A stretch of DNA of 64,000 nt from Clostridia bacterium (GCA_017621415.1 JAGATD010000053.1:96-64095); one strand, 5' to 3'; shown: positions 47,601 through 57,637, numbered from the stretch's first letter. Made by a program: numbers and translations. The notes: generated by a model not told the origin, from the sequence alone.

Positions 47601-48186
47601 TGAAATAAGAGGCGCGGGAAATCTATTGGGTGCTGAGCAACACGGGTATATCGACTCGGTAGGCTATGACTTGTATGTAAAGCTGCTTAACGAGGCGGTT
47701 CTTGAAGCCAAGGGCGAGGCAAAGCCCGACGAAAAGAAGACAGAAACACTTATAGACATTAAAACAAGCGCCCACATCCCCGAGCACTATGTACCTGTCG
47801 GTGCGCAGAGAATGGAAATGTATAAAAAGATTTCGCTTATTCTCACCCCCGAGGATGAGAGGGATATTATCGACGAGTTTATAGATCGCTTTGGCGACCC
47901 GCCAAGAGCTGTTTTGCGCCTTACAGGCGTGGCTCTGACAAAGGCTCTTTGCGAGAGAGCAGGGATAGAAAAGGTTGTGGCCGATGATGTAACGCTTAGC
48001 TTTATTATGCCAAAAACCGACCTTGCTCTGTGGTCAGAGGTGTTTATAAAATATCCGGGAATGCGTATTTCTCCATCCGGTGACAGAGTGATATACAGAT
48101 TTTCCGATCCTAAACATACAGACGCGGCTATCCTCGCAGCCGAGATAATGCGAGAATACTACAAAGCAGAAAAGGAGGATGAATAA
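44644..48186 (+). CDS. mfd: Transcription-repair coupling factor
   Basis: 1180 aa with CarD-like, SF2 helicase (GDVGFGKTEV, DEEQRFG) and TRG motifs. Confidence 0.95.
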   Translation: MQGITALIRADKEYRAFLDTLKEAFYKKEELLPIAVNGLSGGAEAAFIAETVKEAVRLSGEPVLIFVSGDTEREKLVSALSAQGVRVRGYKKRERVFHNIRASHDIERERLSVLSEIISGGCDAVVTTPSAALSYTVPEKTLMDLTLSLKVGHIISPEELSERLVTLGFVRVDTVDGRGQFSKRGGIIDFFGGEEESPVRIEFFGDEIDRLVYFDPLTQRTLGECDEARLLPACEVLLSTKARERILACAEDLKKKAKDSITAEKLSRECAVLESGLGVDFRDRYFGLVYDSLENLLSYFKDFPRTVTLSVGSTECLDELNNYLKSQNEERQGFIDAGLITEEVARYTGSEADYKKFLDDSLTVYENPFAGGLGGKRLAGLFGFRCRKTVSYGGNSSMLKEDLVSFRKGGYRVLILCENRQGADSLAEALAAEDIAIARVYDSPDFDLSSAEGGRIFVTVGDLQGFDLITPKIAVISMAKDEGRAVMSHRKRQRILREAGAPKRLMSYAELTPGDYVVHANYGIGLFEGIETVTAAGVTKDYITIKYAGTDKLFVPCDRLEMIGKYIGARDKDGTVKLSKMGGSDWSRAKSKAKRAAKDIADSLIKLYAERQRLPGFAFPEDSDFENSFAAAFDYEETESQAVAIKEIMADMTRPVPMNRLLCGDVGFGKTEVALRAAFKAIMGGKQVAFLVPTTILALQHYQTTISRMRGFPVTVEMLTRFKKPKEQEEILRKVKRGECDILIGTHKLLSKKLEFRDLGLLIIDEEQRFGVSQKEKLKEMAKNVDTLTLTATPIPRTLNMAINGISDISILDEAPGDRRPVQTYVLEHDETLIHEAIRREMARGGQTLYLYNKVEDIDLVASSILRAIPEARIAYAHGKMEKEEIEDIWQMLVKSELDVLVCTTIIETGVDLPMANTLVIENADRFGLSQLHQIRGRVGRSSRQAYAYFTYRPGKALTEVAEKRLKAIREYAEFGAGFKIALCDLEIRGAGNLLGAEQHGYIDSVGYDLYVKLLNEAVLEAKGEAKPDEKKTETLIDIKTSAHIPEHYVPVGAQRMEMYKKISLILTPEDERDIIDEFIDRFGDPPRAVLRLTGVALTKALCERAGIEKVVADDVTLSFIMPKTDLALWSEVFIKYPGMRISPSGDRVIYRFSDPKHTDAAILAAEIMREYYKAEKEDE

Positions 48187-49362
48187 ATGCAAAATAAAAA
48201 TGTAAAAAAGCCTAAAATGAGCAAAAACAACCGCATTCTGACAACAACTATTTGCATTTTCTTGTCTGTTCTGTTGCTTGCAGGCATTGGTTTTGGAATA
48301 TACTTTGCCGTTGAAGAGGCTAACACACTTGTTCGCCTTGAAAATGTGAGAATGGACGAGGGGGTTGTAAGAGTACTTGCTTCCTATCACAAGGACCGTT
48401 ATATGACTGTTCTTAACGGCCTTGGGTACAGTAATGTAAGAGATACCGATACATTCTGGAACAGTCTGCACGCAAACGGAAAGACTCACGGTGAACTTTA
48501 TCTATCCTCGCTTAAGAGCTATATCGCAGGTGTTGCGGCAGGCGCAAACCTTTATCTATCTTCATTCAAGCTCACAGACGATGATAAAGCATATATAAGG
48601 AGCAAGACCGAAGCGTTTATATCTGTCTACGGCTCGGAAGAAAGCTTTAACGAGAAGGCGGATAAGTTTGGATTTGACTATAATGATTTTTGCCGCGCAA
48701 TGGAGCTTACGTATATTGCCGATATTGCGTTTAGCAGTGTGTACGGCAGTAATGGCGAATCGCTTAAGGCAGCCGTTTTTTCAGACAGATGTGACGAATA
48801 TCTTGAGAGCTATTCAAGGGTAAAAGTTATATATATAGCCCAGGACAAAATATATGATGAAGAGATAAAAGATTTGCGTGACCTTACCGAGTCGGAGAAG
48901 CTCGCCAGAAATAAACAAATTGATATATTCAAATCGGCCATTACCGAGGGCCAAATGATTGAAGAGACATTTGACGCGTATCTCCTTGACGAAAGCAAGA
49001 TAAACGACGGTGATATCGCAAACGGTGTTAACGGCTATTATATAGCAGACGGCGCAGGACAGAACGAAAGCGAGTATCCCGAGATAATAGAAGCGGCTCT
49101 AGACATGGAGATTGGCGAGGTCAGAGCGGTTGACTGTAAATACGGTATTGCCTTTCTCTGCAGATGCGAGGTTGTTTCGGGCGCATATGCCGACGATGAT
49201 GCTGAGTTCTTCCCCGATTTTTATAAGAATGCTGCTCTTGAGTTTTATACCGAGGATATAGAGCTTCTTTCCACCGAGGTTGATTTTAAAGACGGATATT
49301 ATAGTATAGACAGCCTGGCAATTCCCGCTAACAGAGACATTTTTGTTACCGTTTGGAAATAA
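48187..49362 (+). CDS. Membrane-anchored protein, possibly SurA-N/PpiC-like chaperone
   Basis: N-terminal TM segment. Position after mfd. The C-terminal ...GEVRAVDCKYGIAFLCR is only loosely parvulin-like. Confidence 0.45.
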   Translation: MQNKNVKKPKMSKNNRILTTTICIFLSVLLLAGIGFGIYFAVEEANTLVRLENVRMDEGVVRVLASYHKDRYMTVLNGLGYSNVRDTDTFWNSLHANGKTHGELYLSSLKSYIAGVAAGANLYLSSFKLTDDDKAYIRSKTEAFISVYGSEESFNEKADKFGFDYNDFCRAMELTYIADIAFSSVYGSNGESLKAAVFSDRCDEYLESYSRVKVIYIAQDKIYDEEIKDLRDLTESEKLARNKQIDIFKSAITEGQMIEETFDAYLLDESKINDGDIANGVNGYYIADGAGQNESEYPEIIEAALDMEIGEVRAVDCKYGIAFLCRCEVVSGAYADDDAEFFPDFYKNAALEFYTEDIELLSTEVDFKDGYYSIDSLAIPANRDIFVTVWK

Positions 49363-49396
49363 AACAAATAAAACTAAGTTCTTTTTTGTTTTCCTA

Positions 49397-49425
49397 TTGA
49401 CAAAAGGCTCTGTTTGGTATATAAT
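49397..49425 (+). promoter_or_regulatory. Sigma-70-like promoter of the ABC transporter operon
   Basis: TTGACA, 17-nt spacer, TATAAT. Confidence 0.6.
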
Positions 49426-49478
49426 ATAGGTACTTCACCAAACTAAAGTGAAAAAAGATAACTAAAGGAGAAATAAAA

Positions 49479-50276
49479 ATGAAAAAAATCATTGCGCTTA
49501 CACTTGCGCTGGTTACACTGGCATGCTGCGGACTTGCGTTGTCCTCCTGCCAGCCCGAAGAAGAGGAGCTTATCATCGGTATTACCTACTTTGCTCCTAT
49601 GAATTACAAGGATGATAGCGGCAACCTTATCGGCTTTGAGACCGAGTTTGCAAAGGCTGTTTGCAAAGAGCTTGGTATGAAGCCCAAGTTCCAGGAGATT
49701 GACTGGGAGGCTAAGGAAAACGAGCTTAACGGTAAAACCATTGACTGCATCTGGAACGGTATGACCATTACCTCCGAGAGAGCAGAGAATATGGCTATCT
49801 CTACTCCTTATATGAAGAACAAGCAGGTTCTTGTTGTTAAAGAAGAAAATCTTGCGCAGTATACTGCTAACGCAGACCTTACAGGCAAGGCTCTTGTTGC
49901 AGAGAAGAAGTCTGCGGGCGAAACAGCCGCTCAGACCGACGAGTATCTTAAGAAGGCAACCTACACCGGTGTTGACAAGATGGCAACCGCTCTTATGGAG
50001 GTTAAGGCCGGAACAGCTGATGCTTGTGTTATTGACTATGTAACCGCACTCGGCTCTATCGGTGAGGGTACCGACTTTGCGAACCTTGTTGTTGTAGAGG
50101 CTCTTACTTTTGGCGCTGAGGAGCAGTACGGCATTGCTTTCAGAAAGGGTGAGGACGACGCTCAGCTTGTCAAGGATGTTAATGCCGCTATTCAGACGCT
50201 TGCTGAAAACGGTGAGCTTAAGAGAATTGCAGAAAAGTACAATCTCGAGGACTACCTCCTTGTGGGTAACAACTGA
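49479..50276 (+). CDS. Amino-acid ABC transporter substrate-binding lipoprotein
   Basis: Lipobox LSSC and family-3 SBP motifs (IDCIWNGMTIT.ER). Confidence 0.85.
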   Translation: MKKIIALTLALVTLACCGLALSSCQPEEEELIIGITYFAPMNYKDDSGNLIGFETEFAKAVCKELGMKPKFQEIDWEAKENELNGKTIDCIWNGMTITSERAENMAISTPYMKNKQVLVVKEENLAQYTANADLTGKALVAEKKSAGETAAQTDEYLKKATYTGVDKMATALMEVKAGTADACVIDYVTALGSIGEGTDFANLVVVEALTFGAEEQYGIAFRKGEDDAQLVKDVNAAIQTLAENGELKRIAEKYNLEDYLLVGNN

Positions 50277-50288
50277 TTGGAGTAAATA

Positions 50289-50936
50289 ATGGATCAGTTC
50301 CTTGGTGTAACAGGGAATTTGCTGCTTGGGTTTGCGGAGAACATGAAATTGTTCTTCGCAACTCTGCTTTTTGCAATTCCCCTAGGGCTTATAATAGCTA
50401 TTTTCCTGCTTTCAAAGTTCAAGCCTCTTAAGGCGCTTTTTGAAATTATTGTCTGGATAGTCAGAGGCTCGCCTCTTATGCTCCAGCTTTTTGTGGTGTT
50501 TTATGTTCCCGGTATACTGTTTGATATGCCTATGCGTAACAGATTTCTTGCAGCACTTATAGCCTTTGTTATAAACTATGCCTGCTATTTTGCCGAGATA
50601 TTCAGAGGTGGAATAATAAGTATTCCCCAAGGACAAAGCGAGGCGGGCAAGGTTCTTGGTATGACAAAGTCCGAGATATTCTTCAAGGTCACTCTTATGC
50701 AGGTGGTAAAGCGCATTGTTCCGCCTATGGGCAACGAGGTAATAACCTTGGTAAAGGATACGTCTCTTGCCAGAGTTATCGCGGTTTCTGAGGTAATAAT
50801 GAGCGCTACCGAGTATTCTGCGGTAGGAATTATATGGCCCCTCTTCTACACGGGCGCATTCTTCCTTTTGTTTAACGGATTGCTTACCATTCTTCTCGGC
50901 AAGCTTGAGAATAAACTGGATTATTATAAGGGGTAA
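50289..50936 (+). CDS. Amino-acid ABC transporter permease
   Basis: EAA-like loop (GQSEAGKVLGMTK...F..V..MQ) and about 5 TM segments. Confidence 0.85.
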   Translation: MDQFLGVTGNLLLGFAENMKLFFATLLFAIPLGLIIAIFLLSKFKPLKALFEIIVWIVRGSPLMLQLFVVFYVPGILFDMPMRNRFLAALIAFVINYACYFAEIFRGGIISIPQGQSEAGKVLGMTKSEIFFKVTLMQVVKRIVPPMGNEVITLVKDTSLARVIAVSEVIMSATEYSAVGIIWPLFYTGAFFLLFNGLLTILLGKLENKLDYYKG

Positions 50937-50940
50937 AAAG

Positions 50941-51726
50941 ATGCCGGTACTCGAAGTTAAAAATTTAAAAAAGTCCTTTGGGCAAAACAAGGTTCTTAAG
51001 GGAGTAAATCTTACGCTTGAAAAAGGTGAGGTGCTGGCAGTTATAGGCTCCTCCGGCGGCGGAAAAACCACACTGTTAAGATGCCTTAACTTTCTTGAAA
51101 TAGCCGATGAGGGCGAAATTATTGTAGACGGTGAAAAGGTATTTTACATAGGAGATGACGGCAAGCCTCATGTTCCAAATAACGGCGGTGAGTATATGGG
51201 ACTTGTGTTTCAGCAGTTTAACCTCTTCCCGCAGTACAGTGTTATGGATAACCTTACCTTAGCGCCGCGACTTGCGGCAAAAAGGTGTCCCGATTACAAA
51301 GAGAATAAAAAAAGCATTATAGAGCAAATAGAGTCGCAGGCGAGGGAAATTCTCGCTGCCACAGGCCTTTCCGAAAAGCATAGCGCATACCCTTGCCAGC
51401 TTTCCGGCGGCCAGCAGCAGAGAGTAGCCATTGCAAGAGCCCTTATGATGTCACCTAAAATTCTCTGCTTTGACGAGCCTACATCGGCTCTTGACCCGGA
51501 GCTTACAGGCGAGGTGCTTAAGGTTATTCGCTCACTTAAGGATTCTAACAGGACTATGGTTATCGTAACTCACGAAATGGAGTTTGCAAGAAATGTTGCG
51601 GACAAGGTTATTTTTGTAGCTGACGGTATAATCGAGGAGGAGGGAACACCCGAAGAGGTGCTTTCAAACCCCAAGAGCGAAAAAATTAAACATTTCCTCT
51701 CTGTTTTGAAAAAAGACGAGATATAA
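50941..51726 (+). CDS. Amino-acid ABC transporter ATP-binding protein
   Basis: Walker A GSSGGGKTT, signature LSGGQQQRVAIARAL, and Walker B ILCFDEPTSALD. Confidence 0.9.
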   Translation: MPVLEVKNLKKSFGQNKVLKGVNLTLEKGEVLAVIGSSGGGKTTLLRCLNFLEIADEGEIIVDGEKVFYIGDDGKPHVPNNGGEYMGLVFQQFNLFPQYSVMDNLTLAPRLAAKRCPDYKENKKSIIEQIESQAREILAATGLSEKHSAYPCQLSGGQQQRVAIARALMMSPKILCFDEPTSALDPELTGEVLKVIRSLKDSNRTMVIVTHEMEFARNVADKVIFVADGIIEEEGTPEEVLSNPKSEKIKHFLSVLKKDEI

Positions 51727-51790
51727 TGCACAAGGGCGCTGTAAGCATTTATGCTGCGGCGCCTTTTAAAAATAAAAACAATTATAGCTC

Positions 51791-51819
51791 TTGACAAACC
51801 TCTTGTGTTGTGATACAAT
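51791..51819 (+). promoter_or_regulatory. Sigma-70-like promoter of the metY leader
   Basis: TTGACA, 17-nt spacer, TACAAT. Confidence 0.6.
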
Positions 51820-51829
51820 AACTACAATA

Positions 51830-52081
51830 AATAAAAAGGCGAGGACGGAGAGGGTCCTGCAGGAGTGTTTTCAGAGAGCCGCAGAGGGTGCGAGGCGGCA
51901 ACACAGGCGGCAGGCGCTTATGGCTCCCGAGTCGGCAGAGTGAGCTTTTTGTAAGCTCTGCACGCAGGCGCAGCGTTACAGGCGCAGGGCTTGTTTGAGC
52001 CTTATGAGTGGCGCTTTTTGCGCAATTTGAGTGGTACCGCGGACTGTCGTTCGTCTCAATTTTGAGACGGCGGCTTTTTTC
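51830..52081 (+). promoter_or_regulatory. T-box leader, probable methionine specifier
   Basis: AGAGAG and GGTGCGA stem-I motifs. ATG at 51920-51922 sits in the same context as the ileS specifier. T-box TGAGTGGTACCGCGG. Terminator CGTCTC/GAGACG followed by T6. Confidence 0.75.
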
Positions 52082-52146
52082 TTTTCTCTGTGAAAAGAAA
52101 ACGGGATGATAAAATGAAAAATTACCTTTAAGGAGGATTTTATAAA

Positions 52147-53427
52147 ATGAGCAAAACAAGAATTGAGACAAAGTGCGTTCAGGGCGGTTACAAGCCCGGT
52201 AACGGTGAACCGAGACAAATTCCGATAATTCAGAGCACAACCTTTAAGTATTCTACAAGTGAGGATATGGGTAAGCTTTTTGACCTTGAGGCATCAGGCT
52301 ATTTCTATTCCAGACTTCAAAACCCCACATGCGATACTGTTGCGGCCCGCATATGCGAGCTTGAGGGGGGTACTGCAGCAATGCTGACCTCTTCGGGGCA
52401 GGCGGCAAACTTCTTTGCGGTATTCAATATCGCATCTCAGGGAGACCATGTTGTTGCCTCCAGCGCGATTTACGGCGGAACCTTTAACCTCTTCTCTGTA
52501 ACTATGAGACGTATGGGAATTGAGTTTACCTTTGTTTCTCCCGATGCTACCGAGGATGAGCTGAGAGCCGCAATTAAGCCCAATACTAAGGCTGTTTTCG
52601 GAGAGACTATTGCCAACCCTGCGCTTACCGTTCTTGATATAGAGAGATTTGCCAAGGTTGCTCATGAGGCCAATGTTCCTCTTATCATAGACAATACCTT
52701 TGCAACTCCCATAAACTGCCGTCCTTTTGAGTGGGGAGCGGATATTGTTACTCACTCTACAACAAAGTATATGGACGGTCACGGCTCGGCTGTCGGTGGC
52801 TGTATTGTTGACTCTGGTAAGTTTGACTGGAAGGCGGCAGGAAAGTTTGACTGCCTCTGCACTCCCGACGAGAGCTACCACGGTGTAAATTATTATGAGA
52901 GATTCGGTATGGCAGGAGCTTACATAACCAAGGCGACCGCTCAGCTTATGCGTGACTTCGGCTGCACTCAGTCTCCCCAGTCCGCGTTTATTCTCGGCCT
53001 CGGTCTTGAAAGCCTTCATGTTCGTATGGAGCGCCATTGCCAGAATGGTCTTGCTGTTGCGAAATTCCTTTCAAATCACCCTAAGGTTACCTGGGTAAGA
53101 TATCCCGGACTTGAGGGAGATAAATATTACGATATTGCTAGGAAGTATATGCCAAAAGGCACCTGCGGTGTTGTAAGCTTTGGCGTTAAGGGCGGACGCG
53201 CCGCTGCCGAAAAGTTTATGAAAAATATGAAACTTGGCGCAATAGAGACCCACGTTGCCGATGCGCGCACCTGCTGTCTCCACCCTGCAAGCGCAACTCA
53301 CAGGCAGATGAACGACGAGGAGCTTGTTGCAGCAGGAGTTTCCCCCGACCTTATTCGTTACTCATGCGGAATAGAGAGCGCAGAGGACCTTATAGAGGAC
53401 CTTGCACAGGCGCTTGAAACCGTATAA
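52147..53427 (+). CDS. metY: O-acetylhomoserine sulfhydrylase (PLP-dependent)
   Basis: 426 aa with Cys/Met-metabolism PLP family motifs (HSTTKYMDGHG). Confidence 0.85.
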   Translation: MSKTRIETKCVQGGYKPGNGEPRQIPIIQSTTFKYSTSEDMGKLFDLEASGYFYSRLQNPTCDTVAARICELEGGTAAMLTSSGQAANFFAVFNIASQGDHVVASSAIYGGTFNLFSVTMRRMGIEFTFVSPDATEDELRAAIKPNTKAVFGETIANPALTVLDIERFAKVAHEANVPLIIDNTFATPINCRPFEWGADIVTHSTTKYMDGHGSAVGGCIVDSGKFDWKAAGKFDCLCTPDESYHGVNYYERFGMAGAYITKATAQLMRDFGCTQSPQSAFILGLGLESLHVRMERHCQNGLAVAKFLSNHPKVTWVRYPGLEGDKYYDIARKYMPKGTCGVVSFGVKGGRAAAEKFMKNMKLGAIETHVADARTCCLHPASATHRQMNDEELVAAGVSPDLIRYSCGIESAEDLIEDLAQALETV

Positions 53428-53503
53428 TCCTCATCAGTCAGGCTTTGCCTGCCACCCTCCCCGGCTTGGGGAAGGCTAAAATACACAGAAAGGGGCTTAC
53501 ACT

Positions 53504-54433
53504 ATGCCCATTAAGCTTCCAAACGAGCTTCCTGCCGTTAAAATCCTCGAGAACGAAAACATTTTCGTCATGACCGAGACTCGAGCAATAAAACAGGATA
53601 TAAGACCTTTAAAAATACTTATTCTTAATTTAATGCCAACAAAGGTTGACACCGAGACCCAGCTTTCACGTGTTCTCGGCAATACTCCCCTGCAGGTTGA
53701 GCTAGAGCTTATCCATACAGAAAGCCATAAATCAAAGAACACATCAGAGGAGCATCTCCTGGCATTCTATAAGCAGTTCTCCGACGTCAAGGATAACTAC
53801 TACGACGGAATGATAATTACAGGAGCTCCTGTTGAGAAAATGGAGTTTGAGGAGGTTGACTACTGGCAAGAGCTTTGCGAGATCATGGAATGGTCAAAGT
53901 CTCACGTGCAGTCAACACTTCACATATGCTGGGGTGCTCAGGCAGGCCTCTATTACCATTTTGGTGTTAAGAAATATCTTATGGAAGAAAAGCTCTCCGG
54001 TGTTTATGCGCACAAGGTAGATTATAAAAAATCTATTCTCTTCCGCGGCTTTGACGACATATTTTATGTTCCTCATTCAAGATACACCACCGTATCAAAA
54101 GAGGAAATACAGGCCGCAAAGGGACTGCGCATTCTTGCATCATCAGATAAGGCAGGAGTTTATGCCGTTTCGACAAAGGGCGGCAGACAGATATTCTTAA
54201 CAGGTCACTCGGAATATGACAGCGATACTCTTAACAAAGAGTACACAAGAGATAAAAATGCGGGCATCAACCCTAACATTCCCGAGAATTATTTCCCGAA
54301 CGACGATGATACAAAGCCCCCGCTTAATACCTGGAGGGCTCACGCAACTCTTCTCTTTACCAACTGGCTTAACTACTTCGTATATCAGTCAACTCCTTAT
54401 GACATCATGAAGATTAAGGAAATGAAGTTGTAA
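53504..54433 (+). CDS. metA: Homoserine O-acyltransferase MetA
   Basis: MPIKLP..LPA...L..ENIFVM....[16 protein letters not shown]. Confidence 0.9.
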   Translation: MPIKLPNELPAVKILENENIFVMTETRAIKQDIRPLKILILNLMPTKVDTETQLSRVLGNTPLQVELELIHTESHKSKNTSEEHLLAFYKQFSDVKDNYYDGMIITGAPVEKMEFEEVDYWQELCEIMEWSKSHVQSTLHICWGAQAGLYYHFGVKKYLMEEKLSGVYAHKVDYKKSILFRGFDDIFYVPHSRYTTVSKEEIQAAKGLRILASSDKAGVYAVSTKGGRQIFLTGHSEYDSDTLNKEYTRDKNAGINPNIPENYFPNDDDTKPPLNTWRAHATLLFTNWLNYFVYQSTPYDIMKIKEMKL

Positions 54434-54668
54434 TATAAAAAAACCGCCGAGGAATATGCCGAGGCGGTTATCTTTGTTTTGTCAAGTTGGACAAGATATA
54501 GAGCATGTGTGTCTGTATTAACAAAAAACATCTTGACAAAACCTTAAAAAAGTTATATCATATATGTTATAAAATAAATGTAATAAATCAAAGAAAAAGT
54601 TAGGATTTTTAAATTTAATGTGGCTTTTACACGTACATTCTGAGAGCGGCATCAGTCTTGCCTCGGTT

Positions 54669-55523
54669 ATGGAGGAGGTTTTTCTTCACGGACTTATTGA
54701 TACCCTGAAGCTTGTGCCTTTTCTGTTTTTAACCTATCTCCTAATGGAGTTTATAGAACATAAGGCATCTGACAGGGTAGAGCGGTTTATGCAGCGCGCG
54801 GGGAGACTTGGCCCTGCCGTCGGCGGTCTTGTGGGTGCTGTGCCTCAGTGCGGATTTTCTGCCGCTGCCTCAAACCTCTTCGCGGGCAGGGTTATAACCG
54901 TCGGCACGCTTATTGCCGTTTTTCTCTCTACATCTGACGAGATGCTTCCTATAATGATTTCGGGCGGAATTGCTCCGGGAAAGGTTGCTCTTATACTCGT
55001 ATACAAGATTGTTTGCGGTATTATAATAGGATTTGGCGTTGACCTTTTACATAAGCTTTTGCATCGCCCCGACGAGGAAATAAACATTGATGCCATATGT
55101 GACGAGGATAACTGTCACTGTGAGAGGGGAATTTTTTATTCCGCTCTGCATCATACCTTGACTATATCGGCATTTGTACTTATTATTACACTGGTTATCA
55201 ATGCTCTTGTGTACTTTATCGGCACAGAGTCTCTCGCAGCCTTTATGAACAGTCTGCCTGTCGTAGGCCATACAGTCTCGGCTCTTTTCGGGCTTGTACC
55301 CAACTGTGCCGTATCTGTCGCTCTGACAACCCTCTACACAGGCGGTGTTATAACCGCGGGTACGATGATGTCTGGTCTTTTCTCGGGCGCGGGAGTGGGT
55401 ATCCTTGTGCTCTTTAAGGTAAATAAGAACATCAGGCAGAATTTGTGGATAACCGCGGTGCTTGTTTTGTCCGGAATAGTGTTCGGTCTTATGTTTGATT
55501 TTGTTTTTTCGGCGATTGTATAA
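54669..55523 (+). CDS. Multi-pass membrane protein, possibly 10-TM heavy-metal exporter (ArsP_2-like)
   Basis: Repeated PQCGFSAAAS and PNCAVSVAL motifs in two halves. The start is uncertain (54618 or 54669). Confidence 0.5.
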   Translation: MEEVFLHGLIDTLKLVPFLFLTYLLMEFIEHKASDRVERFMQRAGRLGPAVGGLVGAVPQCGFSAAASNLFAGRVITVGTLIAVFLSTSDEMLPIMISGGIAPGKVALILVYKIVCGIIIGFGVDLLHKLLHRPDEEINIDAICDEDNCHCERGIFYSALHHTLTISAFVLIITLVINALVYFIGTESLAAFMNSLPVVGHTVSALFGLVPNCAVSVALTTLYTGGVITAGTMMSGLFSGAGVGILVLFKVNKNIRQNLWITAVLVLSGIVFGLMFDFVFSAIV

Positions 55524-55578
55524 AAATCACCGTTTTTGGTCTAAAATAATATAAGTATATAAAGGGAGGAGAGTGTTT

Positions 55579-57546
55579 ATGGAAAAGTGGAAAAAGCGTT
55601 CCGTAGATTTGCTTACCTCCCTTTATCTCGGCTCAAAGGAGGAGGGCTCTTCGGTTATACCCTATTATCCGCAAAAGGTTGCGGTAAGCGCGAGCGAGCG
55701 CCCATTTTTCAGGCGGACTACTCCCGAAAGACACGGCATTTCTTCAAAAAGAATATATAATATGCTCTCCGAGCTTGAAACCGAGCGTCGCGCCAACGTA
55801 CATAATCTTATGGTACTGAGCGGCGCTGAGGTAATTGCCGAATGCTCGAGAGAGGGGTATAATACGGGAGTTTGGCACCTGTCACATTCTATGTCAAAAA
55901 CTGTGACGGGCTTTGTTATAGGAACTCTTTTTGACGAGGGGCTTGTTGATGAAAATATGACTCTTGTCTCGATATTCCCCGAAATAAGCTACCGTGACAA
56001 ACGCTTTGCGGATATAACCATAGAGCATCTTTTGACTATGCGTTCGGGTGTCGATTTTTCTGAGGCGGGAGCAGTTACCGAGAGCCTTTGGACCGGGGCA
56101 TTTTTTGATTCAAATCTGAAATTTCAACCGGGCACAGCATTTAACTATAACAGTATGAATTCATATATTCTCGCTAGAGCCGCAGAACGCATTTCTGGCA
56201 GAAGCTTTGGTGAGCTTGTACGCGAGAGGCTCTTTGAACCTATGGGTATAGAGAACTACCTTTGGGAAATCGGCCCTGAGGGAACAGAAAAGGGCGGTTG
56301 GGGACTTTATCTTTCTTGCGAATCCTGGGCAAAGTTTGGATTTCTTGTTTTGTCCGGTGGTGTATTCTTTGGAAAAAGGATAATTTCCTCCGAGTGGATA
56401 AAGCGCTCCACAAGAGTTATTTCCACCTCGAATGAAACTAATTCTGAGTTTGGATACGGATATCAGATTTGGGTAACAGAAGAGGGGGAAATCCTCTTTA
56501 ACGGTATGCTTGGTCAAAATGTTTGGATTTGTCCGGAAAATGACCTGGTTGCTGTAATACAATCTGGCAATAATGAGCTTTTCCAGGATAGTCCTGCGCT
56601 TCTGATACTGAGAAAATATCTGAGGGGCAGTATTGAAGATAGTCTGCGCCGCCATGATATAAGGGCGCTGCACGATAAGGAGCGCAGGTTTTGTGACGCA
56701 AGAATGTGGGTAAAGCCGCTGAGGCGCGAGCGCGGATTTATGCGTTTTCTCGGTCTGAGGGATACAAAGAGCTTTGACAGTCGCTGGACAGATGTTCTCG
56801 GCACGTATGTTTTTGCAGGCAACAATTTGGGACTTTTGCCCCTCTTTGTCAGAGGCATGCAGAATAATCTTCATTCATCTATAGGACGTCTTGCCCTTGA
56901 GAAAATGGGTGAGGAGCTCTATCTCACAGTTACAGAAAGCGGGGCAGAGTATAAAATCCGCGTGGGACTTTACGGCTATGAGGAATGTGTGCTTGACTTC
57001 CGAGGAGAAAAATATATGGTTAAGTGTATGGGTGAAGCCTGTCATTCTCCGTTTGGAGAGAGGGAATTCAGAATAGAGCTTTTGTTCCCCGAGCTTCCCA
57101 ACACCAGAATGATGAAGATAACTATACCAAGAGAGGATAAAATCCGACTTGAAATGTCGGAGGTGCCCAACAACAGGGTAATAGATGAGCTTGTTAAGAG
57201 AATGCCTGATGAATCACCTCTTATCAGCTTTGCCTTTGGGCTGCTCTCCCGTGGATTTGGTGATGATTTTATTGCCAAGCGCACCGAGGAGGCCTTTTCT
57301 CCCGTTCTTATCGGAGCAGACGTTGATTTTGAGGGATACGAGTCTATTGTGGATGCCGAGAACATCGGAGTGCAGAAAAAAGCCAGAATAGGCAGACTTC
57401 TTCATCTTGTTGTTGACAGACTGTTTGGCGATGATGAGGTGGGAGAGAAAAAGCGCATATCAAACAAGGCATTTTTCTCGGAGCTTTTTTCCTTGATACG
57501 TGCATCTGATGAAAAAGAAAAACAAAATAAAAAAGAACAAAAATAG
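55579..57546 (+). CDS. Serine hydrolase (beta-lactamase/transpeptidase fold) with a long C-terminal domain
   Basis: S-x-x-K motif SMSK. RBS GGGAGGA before ATG 55579. Confidence 0.75.
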   Translation: MEKWKKRSVDLLTSLYLGSKEEGSSVIPYYPQKVAVSASERPFFRRTTPERHGISSKRIYNMLSELETERRANVHNLMVLSGAEVIAECSREGYNTGVWHLSHSMSKTVTGFVIGTLFDEGLVDENMTLVSIFPEISYRDKRFADITIEHLLTMRSGVDFSEAGAVTESLWTGAFFDSNLKFQPGTAFNYNSMNSYILARAAERISGRSFGELVRERLFEPMGIENYLWEIGPEGTEKGGWGLYLSCESWAKFGFLVLSGGVFFGKRIISSEWIKRSTRVISTSNETNSEFGYGYQIWVTEEGEILFNGMLGQNVWICPENDLVAVIQSGNNELFQDSPALLILRKYLRGSIEDSLRRHDIRALHDKERRFCDARMWVKPLRRERGFMRFLGLRDTKSFDSRWTDVLGTYVFAGNNLGLLPLFVRGMQNNLHSSIGRLALEKMGEELYLTVTESGAEYKIRVGLYGYEECVLDFRGEKYMVKCMGEACHSPFGEREFRIELLFPELPNTRMMKITIPREDKIRLEMSEVPNNRVIDELVKRMPDESPLISFAFGLLSRGFGDDFIAKRTEEAFSPVLIGADVDFEGYESIVDAENIGVQKKARIGRLLHLVVDRLFGDDEVGEKKRISNKAFFSELFSLIRASDEKEKQNKKEQK

Positions 57547-57579
57547 GCAATATTGCAAATAATTATTTGCAATATTGCC
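57546..57579. repeat. Perfect 34-bp palindrome
   Basis: GGCAATATTGCAAATAA|TTATTTGCAATATTGCC. It starts at the last base of the stop codon. Confidence 0.9.
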
Positions 57580-57637
57580 GCAAAAGAGCGAGGCTGACAT
57601 TTTTTATGAGGGCATCGCTCTTTTGTTATAAATGCAA

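Noticed and set aside
51782-52240. 152-aa and 80-aa minus-strand ORFs upstream of metY
   Set aside because: They are antisense to a clear T-box leader and promoter, lack an RBS, and have odd composition.
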